Shown here: piece after piece, positions 12,785 through 38,062 of the stretch
How positions within the stretch are numbered: position 1 is the first letter of the stretch
How the letters are laid out: every line of letters starts with the position of its first letter
Source: Macrostomum lignano
Lineage: Eukaryota
Assembly: GCA_002269645.1 (NCBI GenBank)
Contig: NIVC01000043.1
Span: forward strand, 62,001 to 126,000
Direction: 5' to 3'
DNA length: 64,000 nt
Translations under genes and position numbers: made by a program
Notes under the pieces: generated by a model
What the model saw: only the letters and a program-made list of their open reading frames with translations
Databases searched by the model: none
What the model was told of the DNA's origin: nothing

Positions 12785-13103
12785 CCCATTCAGTGACTTC
12801 AATCGGTATTCAGTGACCCCAATTAGTATTCAGTGACCCAATCGGTATTCAGTGACCCCAATCAGTATTCAGTGACCCCAATCAGTATTCAATGACCCCA
12901 ATCAGTATTCAGTGACCCAATCGGTATTCAGTGACCCCAATCAGTGTTCAATGACCCCAATCATTAGTTCAATGACCCCAATCATTAGTCCAATGACCCA
13001 AATCATTAGTCCAATGACCCCAATCATTAGTTCAATGACCCAATCATTACTTCAATGACCCAATCATTACTTCAATGACCCACTCATTAGTCCAATGACC
13101 CCA
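12785..13103. repeat. ~20-bp minisatellite (CAGTGACCCCAATCAGTATT) just upstream of the MRPL9 coding exon
   Basis: Direct inspection; gradual sequence drift along the array. Confidence 0.9.
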
Positions 13104-13130
13104 AACTGCAACCACTCCTGCAATCCCTAG

Positions 13131-14077
13131 TGGTGGCTTCAATCTGTCGCTCGGCCTCGCTGAGGTCCGCAGCCGCAGCCTCCCTGCTGCATCGCCCGCA
13201 ACAACCCATTCGTACTACAGTGATCGTGGCCCGCAAGCACGAGCTGGACCGGCCCTATCCTGAACTGGACGGTAGGCCGCTTCTGCACGAGATTGACGAC
13301 TACCCGGACAGGGTGCCGATCTACAATAAGCTGTACGAGACTGCTGAACTGCTATCATTGCGACCGGAATCCGAACAGCTATTGTCAGTTCGTCTCAATC
13401 GCGATGTGCCCGGCCTAGGTGAATCCGGTCAATTAGTCTTTGTTCATCGGTCGCGATTCTGGCACTATTTGAATCCGCTAGGCTGGGCCAAGATTGAACA
13501 CCAGCAGCAGCAGGAGCAGAAACAGTCCAATCGTTCTGAGTCTTCCTGGCGCGATGCTCGCGTATTCACTGGTCCACTTTATCAACTACAGCGCACCCTG
13601 GAAGCTTTGCATCTGCTAGTGCCAGTAAATCTGTCTGCTGTTAATACTACTAGTGGTAGTAGTAGTAGTAAAAGCGACCGATTTCCTCTTAACGAGCGTC
13701 ACATATGCGTAGCATTCAGACGCTACGGTGTGGAGTTAAATAGGCAGTCTATTAAATTGCCTGACAAGCTGCCTAAATTGCCAAAGCCTGGCAGCGGCGG
13801 AGCTGGCAGTACATTTCGTATTGGCGTCCAGCTGAACAACCGGGTCACTGTACAGGTGAAGGCTTCCCTGTATCCCATTGCCCTTGGCGAGGCTGGTGGC
13901 GGTTTGCCGCCAGCCCAGCTGCCTAAAATTGATGTAGACAATTGGCTAACTGAGATGTATCCTCAACCAACTCTGCCGGAGGGTGTTCGAGTATTCGACA
14001 AGTACATGCTGCAGCAGGGGCCGCCGAATTTCGAACGGCTACTCGGCTCGAACAGAACTCGTATTAGGAAGCCGTGA
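13131..14077 (+). CDS. MRPL9: Mitochondrial ribosomal protein L9 (bL9m); start codon not resolved
   Basis: RTTVIVAR...LSVRLNRDVPGLGESGQLVFVHRSRFWHYLNPLGWAK matches the bL9 N-terminal motif (L..DV..LG..GD.V.V....RN.L.P.G.A). The Arg/Ala/Ser-rich N-terminus looks like a transit peptide. AG acceptor at 13129-13130; in-frame stop at 13088 and no in-frame ATG before the domain. Confidence 0.8.
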
Positions 14078-14429
14078 TGACCGACCGGTCCCCTTGACTG
14101 AACGTTGCTTATTTGTATCGAAATAAATTTCAATTTCAACTCTCTTGTTAGCCTGCAACAGCTTTTGTTGCCTAGCATTTTTTAAGACAATAATTGCGTT
14201 TGTTTTATTTGCTATTCTCTTATTTTTTACACTAATAAGCTCAGATTCCATTTGAGTTTACGCATTTTGTACAACTGCAGAAATTTACTCGTATTTAGAA
14301 CGTTTGCGCGCGCTAAATAGTATCTTGGAGATTTGAAATCTGGATTAATTCAGAACTTACAGCGAATGCTCAATCAACGTTTATTTAGTTTAAAATAACC
14401 CTTAGCTTCTAAAAATTCTGGATAAGGCT

Positions 14430-15345
14430 TCACATCTCAGCAATCCCCCATGAGCCTTAGCATCTCAACAATTCCTGATGAACCTTGGCATCTCAGCAAT
14501 CCCCCATGAGCCTTAGCATCTCAACAATTCCTGATGAGCCTTAGCATCTCAACAATTCCTGATGAACCTTAGCATCTCAACAATTCCTGATGAGCCTTAG
14601 CATCTCAACAATTCCTGATAAGCCTTGGCATCTCAACAATTCCTGATGAGCCTTGGCATCTCAACAATTCCTGATAAGCCTTGGCATCTCAACAATTCCT
14701 GATAAGCCTTGGCATCTCAACAATTCCTGATGAGCCTTGGCATCTCAACAATTCCTGATGAGCCTTGGAATCTCAACAAATTCCCCATGAGCCTTGGAAT
14801 CTCAACAAATTCCCCATGAGCCTTGGCATCTCAACAATTCCTGATAAGCCTTGGCATCTCAACAATTCCTGATGAGCCTTGGCATCTCAACAATTCCTGA
14901 TGAGCCTTGGCATCTCAACAATTCCTGATGAGCCTTGGAATCTCAACAAATTCCCCATGAGCCTTGGAATCTCAACAAATTCCCCATGAGCCTTGGCATC
15001 TCAACAAATTCCCCATGAGCCTTGGCATCTCAACAATTCCTGATAAGCCTTGGCATCTCAACAATTCCTGATGAGCCTTGGCATCTCAACAATTCCTGAT
15101 GAACCTTGGCATCTCAACAATTCCTGATGAGCCTTGGCATCTCAACAATTCCTGATGAACCTTAGCATCTCATCAATTCCTGATGAGCCTTGGCATCTCA
15201 ACAACTCCTGATGAACCTTAGCATCTCATCAATTCCTGATGAGCCTTGGAATCTCAACAATTCCTGATAAGACTTGGCATCTCAACAATTCCTGATGAGC
15301 CTTGGCATCTCAACAATTCCCCATGAGCCTTGGCATCTCAACAAT
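14430..15345. repeat. 28-bp minisatellite (GATGAGCCTTGGCATCTCAACAATTCCT)
   Basis: Direct inspection, about 32 copies. Confidence 0.95.
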
Positions 15346-15989
15346 CCGTATATATTAAGTATATAAGTATAAGTATAAACAGCGTATAAATTAGAGCAAA
15401 AATCTTCGGATTTAAATAAATTCACAAATTGAAATTTAAACTTCAATAAAGATATATGAATTGCTCATAAGCCTGTCAATGAATTTCACAATTTTTATTA
15501 GAAATTTGAGAATTTTTACACAGAACAGGTTTTAGTAATATTGCTGCAGTAGCATAAACGTACAATTAGTTAGTCAGTCAATTAAAACTTGTAGCTCTGA
15601 CATTGATGTGGTCCAGCTCTTCTAAACTATAGTGAGTTAGAAGATTTATCTTAATCCTTTAGGTCGCGGAATTAGCGCTTGAAGTTTTAGAGAAGCATCG
15701 CTGACAGCAGAAGTTACGTAACAATGTTTTTTTGTGACACGCGACAGGTTTTATACGTACAGGGAGAGATTTCTTATTCGCTTGCGAAAGGAATATTCGC
15801 TAATTAGCAGTGGTATACTATAGTGACAGCAACAGCTAGCGCATGAGTAGTAGGCAAACTCAAGCACTTATGCACAGACCATTTTGTAATTTTTGTCAGT
15901 CAAGCTGATAACTGAACCGACCAGGTTGAGAATGTGCAGCAGCCTCTTCATCATTCTACCCCCTCCACTTTATCCCATTGTCCCTTCAC

Positions 15990-17075
15990 TCTACCTCCTC
16001 CCTTCACTGTGCCCCATTCTCCCTTCACTGTACCCCATTCTCCCTTCACTGTACCCCATTCTCCCTTCACTGTACCCCATTCTCCCTTCACTGTACCCCA
16101 TTCTCCCTTCACTGTACCCCATTCTCCCTTCACTGTACCCCATTCTCCCTTCACTGTACCCCATTCTCCCTTCACTGTACCCCATTCTCCCTTCACTGTA
16201 CCCCATTCTCCCTTCACTGTACCCCATTCTCCCTTCACTGTACCCCATTCTCCCTTCACTGTACCCCATTCTCCCTTCACTGTACCCCATTCTCCCTTCA
16301 CTGTACCCCATTCTCCCTTCACTGTACCCCATTCTCCCTTCACTGTACCCCATTCTCCCTTCACTGTACCCCATTCTCCCTTCACTGTACCCCATTCTCC
16401 CTTCACTGTACCCCATTCTCCCTTCACTGTACCCCATTCTCCCTTCACTGTACCCCATTCTCCCTTCACTGTACCCCATTCTCCCTTCACTGTACCCATT
16501 CTCCCTTCACTGTACCCCATTCTCCCTTCACTGTACCCCATTCTCCCTTCACTGTACCCCATTCTCCTTCACTGTACCCCATTCTCCCTTCACTGTACCC
16601 CATTCTCCCTTCACTGTACCCCATTCTCCCTTCACTGTACCCCATTCTCCCTTCACTGTACCCCATTCTCCCTTCACTGTACCCCATTCTCCCTTCACGG
16701 TACCCCCTTCACCCTTCATGGTACCCCATTCTCCCTTCACTGTACCCCATTCTCCCTTCACTGTACCCCATTCTCCCTTCACTGTACCCCATTCTCCCTT
16801 CACTGTACCCCATTCTCCCTTCACTGTACCCCATTCTCCCTTCACTGTACCCCCTTCTCCCTTCACGGTACCCCCTTCACCCTTCATGGTACCCCCTTCT
16901 CCCTTCACGGTACCCCCTTCACCCTTCATGGTACCCCCTTCTCCCTTCATGGTACCCCCTTCTCCCTTCACGGTACCCCCTTCACCCTTCATGGTACCCC
17001 CTTCTCCCTTCACGGTACCCCCTTCACCCTTCACGGTACCCCCTTCACCCTTCATGGTACCCCCTTCACCCTTAT
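15990..17075. repeat. 21-bp C-rich minisatellite (CACTGTACCCCATTCTCCCTT)
   Basis: About 50 copies; explains the TVPHSPF/LYPILPS/MGYSEGR pseudo-ORFs. Confidence 0.97.
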
Positions 17076-17559
17076 GAGGCCATAATTATCCCTCATTCCT
17101 TATTACCCGTGTGGTCTTTGCACTTGAATTTTCGGCTATAGTGTTTCAATTAATCTACGTATGCAGTTTTACTGTTTAAACAATATAACGCTTATGCGTG
17201 TATATAATTAACTGGACATGGAGTGTAGTGTTAGGCGAAAAGCAAGCTCATTAATTATTCATCAATTATTGTGGACAATGTCTGTTTCGGACAATAATGT
17301 TATGTTAATTAGCTAATTATGATTTACGGGTAGACACCTAGACGACTTTTCCAGTTTCATTTTTACTATCAAGGTTTTCCAGCTTTACATGCGAAACTTT
17401 AAATGGTTTATGGAGCTGGCTCATTCAGGATATTTGGTTTGGAGTTCACTTTATCTGCCGTACACTGTACATTCGTAGCATGGCAACGCCAAAAACTTTT
17501 TAACTCCGCTGATATTATCCAAAGCGCCGATTCTGAAAAGAAGCGACATTCAATCTTTC

Positions 17560-18060
17560 CCAGCTAGAAATCCTTATGGGAATCCCCTGCTAGAATCATT
17601 AGAGGAATCCTAGCTAGAAATCCTTATCGGAATCCCCTGCTAGAATGTTTAGGGGATTCCCCAGCTAGAAATCCTTAGGGGAATTCCCAGCTAGAAATCC
17701 TCCGGGGAATCCCCAACAAGAAATCCTTAGGGGAATCCCCAGCTAGAAATCCTTAGGGGAATCTCCTGCTAGAAATCCTTAGGAGAATCCCCAGCTAGAA
17801 ATCCTTAGGGGAATCTCCTGCTAGAAATCCTTAAGGGAATCCCCTGCTAGAAATCCCTAGGGGAATCTCCTGCTAGAAATCCTTAGGGGAATCCCCTGCT
17901 AGAAATCCTTAGGGGAATCCCCTGCTAAAAATCCTTAGGAAAATCCCCTGCTAGAAATCCTTAGGGGAATCCCTTGCTAGAAATCCTTATCGAAATCCCC
18001 AGCTAGAATCATTAGGAGAATCCCCAGTTAGAAATCTTTAGGTGAATCTCCTGCTAGAAG
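17560..18060. repeat. ~26-bp minisatellite (CTAGAAATCCTTAGGGGAATCCCCTG) with internal palindrome
   Basis: Direct inspection; GGGG-AAT-CCCC inverted repeat in most units. Confidence 0.9.
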
Positions 18061-18140
18061 TCCCTGGCGGTAAAATGGCAGAATGCAATAGCCTTGTCGG
18101 TAAAGCTCGTTGGGAAAATGTCGCACTCTCGATTGATTTA

Positions 18141-31316
<13,176 letters not shown>

Positions 31317-31489
31317 GGCTTCGGAGATGAGCACCGGGAGAGCCTGCGATGGGCCAGAGGGGCGGATTCGATCACTTGCTCAGGCCCGATCAACACAGTG
31401 CGTGTAGCTTGGAGAGTGCTCTTAGGTTCAGCCGGATCCCCCGAGTAAGAATTGATGCTTTCCTAGAAATGCCTCGTCTATAAGAACCG

Positions 31490-31735
31490 CCCTGTACAGA
31501 GAGCTCAGCGGTCAGGCTTCTGTCTCTTGCGCCACAAGTTCGATTCATTTTATTGACCCATGAGGGTCAATCCCAAGACACACAGACTGTACATGCCTGA
31601 CGATTGGAAAGTCAGGGCCGCTGGCTGTACACCCTGTGCGAGCGTGTGTGATTGTGCGTGCCTGCGTACAGTATTGGCGCGCTTGTGTGCTCGGGGGTCT
31701 GCGGAATGGGCAGCATTGGCGCTGGTTGTGGGACC
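31490..31735 (+). mobile_element. tRNA-headed SINE family B, copy 2
   Basis: A-box-like AGCTCAGCGGTCAG, B-box-like AAGTTCGATTC, then CCCAAGACACACAGACTGTACATGCCTGACGATTGGAAAGTCAGGGCCGC...GCGGAATGGGCAG shared with 4250-4480 and 57888-58235. Confidence 0.6.
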
Positions 31736-31739
31736 ATGT

Positions 31740-34590
31740 TCCCATGAGAATCGCCCTCCTACTCTATGAGAATCGCCCTCCTACTCTATGAGAATCGCCC
31801 TCCTACTCTATGAGAATCGCCCTCCTACTCTATGAGAATCGCCCTCCTACTCTATGAGAATCGCCCTCCTACTCTATGAGAATCGCCCTCCTACTCTATG
31901 AGAATCGCCCTCCTACTCTATGAGAATCGCCCTCCTACTCTATGAGAATCGCCCTCCTACTCTATGAGAATCGCCCTCCTACTCTATGAGAATCGCCCTC
32001 CTACTCTATGAGAATCGCCCTCCTACTCTATGAGAATCGCCCTCCTACTCTATGAGAATCGCCCTCCTATCCCATGAGAATCTCCCTCCTATCCCATGAG
32101 AATCGCCCTCCTACCCCATGAGAATCGCCCTCCTACTCCATGAGAATCGCTCTCTTGGAGAATCGCCATGAGAAACCCCATGAGAATCGCCCTCCTATTC
32201 CATGAGAATCGCCCTCCTATCCCATGAGAATCTCCCTCCTATCCCATGAGAATCGCCCTCTTACCCATGAGAATCGCCCTCCTACCCCATGAGAATCGCC
32301 CTCCTACCCCATGAGAATCGCCCTCCTACCCCATGAGAATCGCCCTCCTACCCCATGAGAATCGCTCTCCTATTCCATGAGAATCGCCCTCCTATCCCAT
32401 GAGAATCGCCCTCCTATCCCATGAGAATCGCCCTCTTACCCATGAGAATCGCCCTCCTACCCCATGAGAATCGCCCTCCTACCCCATGAGAATCGCCCTC
32501 CTACCCCATGAGAATCGCCCTCCTACCCCATGAGAATCGCTCTCCTATTCCATGAGAATCGCCCTCCTACCCCATGAGAATACCCCCCAACCCGGAATCC
32601 AATGAGGACTGCATGTTTTGAGTGTTCATTTTTTGCCGGTCTTGCAGCAGCCAAAGCCAATTTAGTATCACAGAAATGTTGCAGATAGCATAGCCAGGCC
32701 ATGTGCAGAGGCCAGTCCCTAATTATGATGGCTCATGGCTATAGCAGCTCAGTCCTACCCGCTTTCTCATCAGCCAACAGCCCCCCCCCACCGAAAATGA
32801 TTGATAATGACGGAATAGTTAATTGTTTACCATGGCAGTCCCTCTGAACTTAATAAACCTCAAGAATTAGTCGTAAAAATAATTACATTAACCTTGAACA
32901 AGTTATAAAAATACGCGAATAAAATCTTTTCTTCTATTAGCTCAGCAGAAATGAAGTTTAATTTCACCACGAGAGTCGCCCTCCTCTCCCATGATAATCT
33001 CCCTCCTATCCCATGAGAATCTCCCTCCTATCCCATGAGAATCGCTCTCCTATCCCATGAGAATCGCTCTCCTATCCCATGAGAATCGCCCTCCTATCCC
33101 ATGAGAATCGCTCTCCTATCCCATGAGAATCGCCCTCCTACCCCGTGAGAATCGCCCTCCTACCCATGAGAATCGCTCTCCTACTCTATGAGAATCGCCC
33201 TCCTACCCGTGAGAATCGCCCTCCTACCCCGTGAGAATCGCTCTCCTATCCCATGAGAATCTCCCTCCTATCCCATGAGAATCTCCCTCCTATCCCATGA
33301 GAATCGCTCTCCTATCCCATGAGAATCGCTCTCCTACCCCGTGAGAATCGCCCTCCTACCCATGAGAATCGCTCTCCTACTCTATGAGAATCGCCCTCCT
33401 ACCCGTGAGAATCGCCCTCCTACCCCGTGAGAATCGCCCTCCTACCCATGAGAATCGCTCTCCTACTCTATGAGAATCGCCCTCCTACCCGTGAGAATCG
33501 CCCTCCTACTCTATGAGAATCGCCCTCCTACCCCATGAGAATACCCCCAACCCGGAATCCAATGAGGACTGCATGTTTTGAGTGTTCATTTTTTGCCGGT
33601 CTTGCAGCAGCCAAAGCCAATTTAGTATCACAGAAATGTTGCAGATAGCATAGCCAGGCCATGTGCAGAGGCCAGTCCCTAATTATGATGGCTCATGGCT
33701 ATAGCAGCTCAGTCCTACCCGCTTTCTCATCAGCCAACAGCCCCCCCCCACCGAAAATGATTGATAATGACGGAATAGTTAATTGTTTACCATGGCAGTC
33801 CCTCTGAACTTAATAAACCTCAAGAATTAGTCGTAAAAATAATTACATTAACCTTGAACAAGTTATAAAAATACGCGAATAAAATCTTTTCTTCTATTAG
33901 CTCAGCAGAAATGAAGTTTAATTTCACCACGAGAGTCGCCCTCCTCTCCCATGATAATCGCCCTCCTATCCCATGAGAATCGCTCTCCTATCCCATGAGA
34001 ATCGCTCTCCTATCCCATGAGAATCGCTCTCCTATCCCATGAGAATCGCTCTCCTATCCCATGAGAATCGCTCTCCTATCCCATGAGAATCTCCCTCCTA
34101 TCCCATGAGAATCTCCCTCCTATCCCATGAGAATCGCTCTCCTATCCCATGAGAATCGCCCTCCTACCCCATGAGAATCGCTCTCCTATCCCATGAGAAT
34201 CGCTCTCCTATCCCATGAGAATCGCCCTCCTACCCCATGAGAATCGCTCTCCTATCCCATGAGAATCGCTCTCCTATCCCATGATAATCGCCCTCTTACC
34301 CCATGAGAATCGCCCTCCTATCCCATGAGAATCGCTCTCCCATCCCATGAGAATCGCCCTCTTACCCCATGAGAGTCGCCCTCCTACCCCATGAGAATCG
34401 CTCTCCTATCCCATGAGAATTGCCCTCTTACCCCATGAGAATCGCTCTCTTATCCCATGAGAATCGCCCTCTTACCCCATGAGAGTCGCCCTCCTACCCC
34501 ATGAGAATCGCTCTCCTATCCCATGAGAATCGCTCTCCTATCCCATGAGAATCGCCCTCTTATCCCATGAGAGTCGCCCTCCTACCCCAT
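31740..34590. repeat. 21-bp minisatellite (ATGAGAATCGCCCTCCTAC(T/C)C) interrupted by two copies of a ~390-bp unique spacer
   Basis: Spacer copies at 32581-32970 and 33542-33930 are essentially identical. Confidence 0.93.
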
Positions 34591-35454
34591 GAGAATTACT
34601 CTCCTTGCACCTCTTAGTAAATTGTCTGCCCTGACAGTCACTCTGAGCTTGTTAAACCCAGAGAATTAATCTTGAAAAAGTTATCAGTACGCGTGGGAGA
34701 ATCTTACCTTCTTTACATGTATGCTCAGCAGAAGTACAAGTTTCTGTTCTGTAATCTCATTGTTGGTAGTCTTTAACAACTCTGGCTATTCTTGGTGCAG
34801 TTGCGAACAGAAATCGCAAAAGCAAAGGCTGCTTCTATCAAGTTCATGAATGAGAGGCAGGGGAGGGATATAGGATTCAATAACACTTCTCTCTGATCTT
34901 CATTGGTGACCAGCGATGTAGAGAGCCGCCTCAATGCTGGTTGGCTGCAGGCACAGGGAGGACAAGGGATAGATGTGGTGCGCACGGAAGCCAGGAGAAG
35001 ATAGCTAGATGAAGCTGAGCTCTACACAGCTCAATAATGTCTAATATGCTCACCCCCTGCCATTATTATATCGCTATAGCCACAATCTTATTTTACAGCA
35101 AGCCCAGGTGCAGACATGCAGGCACATTTCTTCCAGCTTTCTGTTTTAGAACCGTGGGATCTCCTTTTTAATCTGTCAGCTTTGTCAGCAAGAGCCCTAC
35201 TAGATATCTGTAGAAATTCTTTTGTCGTCGTCACGTGCAGGAAGCGGAGACAATCAAGTGAAACTGCTCGTTATCAGTAGAGATTCTACCTAATGAAACT
35301 AGGATTGCGGGACTTTCAGTTTGTTGTTTGGTAGAGAAGTGATTTGATTATTATTTCTTCCCGACTTTGGAAGTGGCAGTTAGTGCTGAACAATAAGGAA
35401 TTATTATAGCAGTATAAGACGTTTACTGCATTATTTCGTGCTTTGCATTCGTTA

Positions 35455-36160
35455 CTTGATCTGCTTGGCCCCATGTTTAGAGATCTGCTTGGCCCCATGC
35501 TTAGAGATCTGTTTGGCCCCATGCTTAGAGATCTGGTTGGCCCCATGCTTAGAGATCTGGTTGGCCCCATGCTTAGAGATCTGGTTGGCCCCATGCTTAG
35601 AGATCTGGTTGGCCCCATGCTTAGAGATCTGTTTGGTGCTGCAATTATAATCTGTTTGGCGTCATGCTTAGAGATCTGTTTGGCGCGATGCTTAGAGATC
35701 TGGTTGGCGCCATGCTTAGAAATCTGTTTGGCGCTATGCTTAGAGATCTGGTTGGCGCCAGGCTTAGAGATCTGTTTGGCGCCATGCCTCAAGATCTGTT
35801 TGACACTATGCTTAGAGCTGGTTGGCACCACTTAGAGATCTGTTTGGTGCTGCAATTAGAATCTGTTTGGCGTCATGCTTAGAAATCTGTTTGGCGCTAT
35901 GCTTAGAGATCTGGTTGGCGCCAGGCTTAGAGATCTGTTTGGCGCCATGCCTCAAGATCTGTTTGACACTATGCTTAGAGCTGGTTGGCACCACTTAGAG
36001 ATCTGTTTGGTGCTGCAATTAGAAATCTGTTTGGCGTCATGCTTAGAGTTCTGTTTGGCGCGATGCTTAGAGATCTGGTTGGCGCCATGCTTAGAGATCT
36101 GTTTAGCGCCATGCTTAGAGATCTGTTTAGCGCCATGCTTAGAGATCTGTTTGGCGCCAA
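35455..36160. repeat. 24-bp minisatellite (ATGCTTAGAGATCTGTTTGGCGCC)
   Basis: Direct inspection; includes an internally duplicated ~165-bp block. Confidence 0.92.
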
Positions 36161-36914
36161 AGTTATAGATCGGAGGTCTCTGCAACGTGATTGGATGGAT
36201 TTGATGAATTACGCTAAAAGGGATTCTTAATAGGCAAGCTAAGGCCAAGAAAAATTCCTGAAATATAACCAATCATTTTGCCTTAATTAATTAATTAATT
36301 ATGCCCATCCAGAACATTTATTATGTACAACTAAAAAACTACACAAGCAATTCAAAAGCTTGGAATTCTGGTCTAAAAGCAGCTACAGTTAATCTGGCAG
36401 CTGCAGATACCCACCAGCCAACGGGGCCAAATCCTCAACCTTCTGTTTGTGCAACTGCACTTAGCCTAGAGTAAATCATCCAACAAAAATGATATTTTCG
36501 CACGCAAAAGACTAGAGCTGTTTCGTGAGCCGCTAATGCCGGCCGTTATTTTTATTATAAAAATCTATATTTTATAGCGCCAGTATAATTGGCCAATTTT
36601 CGACGAACGGCGCAAACGAACGATCTAAAAAATGTTTGGCTCGCTCGCAGAGAAATCAAAGCAGCATATTTCAGCAGAGTCAGGCGTGTTGGCGTGACCC
36701 CGTGAGGCTTAAAAACTGCTGCCCGTTTAGAGCATCCGGCCTTGAATGCCAACAACGCAAAACTACGTATGTCCAGACCGGCAGTGCGAAGCTAATCAAT
36801 TTGATCTTTAAATCCAAACTACTCTACTGCAAGTAGCAATATTCGGTAGCCTTCCAAAAAAGTTGTGATCGTGGGATTGTCACTGTGACCAGTGCAGGTG
36901 ATCATATTGCGTAA

Positions 36915-37895
36915 CAGACTTGTCTAGGGTCACCAAGGTGACCGTGCTGTGTGACAGTTTTGTCTATGGTCACCAAGGTGACCGTGCTGTGTGACAGTCT
37001 TGTCTATGGTCACCAAAGTGACCGTGCTGTGTGACAGTTTTGTCTAAAGTCACCAAGGTGACCGTGCTGTGTGACAGTCTTGTCTATGGTCACCAAGGTG
37101 ACCGTGCTGTGTGACAGTCTTGTCTATGGTCACCAAGGTGACCGTGCTGTGTGACAGTCTTGTCTATGGTCACCAAGGTGAACGTGCTGTGTGACAGTCT
37201 TGTCTAGGGTCACCAAGGTGAACGTGCTGTGTGACAGTCTTGTCTAGGGTCACCAAGGTGAACGTGCTGTGTGACAGTCTTGTCTATGGTCACCAAGGTG
37301 ACCGTGCTATGTGACAGTTTTGTCTATGGTCACCAAGATGACCGTGCTGTGTGACAGTCTTGTCTATGGTTACCAAGGTGACCGTGCTGTGTGATAGTCT
37401 TGTCTAGGGTCACCAAGGTGAACGTGCTGTGTGACAGTCTTGTCTAGGGTCACCAAAGTGACCGTGCTGTGTGACAGTCTTGTCTAAGGTCACCAAGGTG
37501 ACCGTGCTGTGTGACAGTTTTGTCTCTGGTCACCAAGGTGACCGTGCTGTGTGACAGTCTTGTCTATGGTCACCAAGGTGACCGTGCTGTGTGACAGTTT
37601 TGTCTATGGTCACCAAGGTGACCGTGCTGTGTGACAGTTTTGTCTATGGTCACCAAGGTGACCGTGCTGTGTGACAGTTTTGTCTATGGTCACCAAGGTG
37701 ACCGTGCTGTGTGACAGTCTTGTCTATGGTTACCAAGGTGACCGTGCTGTGTGACAGTTTTGTCTATGGTCACCAAGGTGACCGTGCTGTGTGACAGTCT
37801 TGTCTATGGTTACCAAGGTGACCGTGCTGTGTGACAGTTTTGTCTATGGTCACCAAGGTGAACGTGCTGTGTGACAGTTTTGTCTATGGTCACTA
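36915..37895. repeat. 40-bp double-hairpin minisatellite, about 24 copies
   Basis: Unit GGTCACCAAGGTGACCGTGCTGTGTGACAGTCTTGTCTAT; GGTCACC-AA-GGTGACC and GACA-GTCT-TGTC inverted repeats; no spacers. Confidence 0.96.
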
Positions 37896-38062
37896 AGGTC
37901 TAGGGCCACAAGACTAGAAATTAAAAAAACGAAACTGGTGAAAAAGCAATCAATTTCCTGATTAAAATCAGACGCAATAAAATATAGAGACAATAGTTTT
38001 GAAAGAGATATACTCATATTTATATTTAATTAACTCTCTGCGCTGACCAAAATTATAAACCG

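Noticed and set aside
15893-17141. 380-394-aa ORFs in several frames
   Set aside because: Produced by a stop-free 21-bp repeat; open in multiple frames and on both strands, with no splice or homology support.
36915-37895. CRISPR-like palindromic direct repeats
   Set aside because: Units abut with no unique spacers, there are no cas genes, and the context is eukaryotic.
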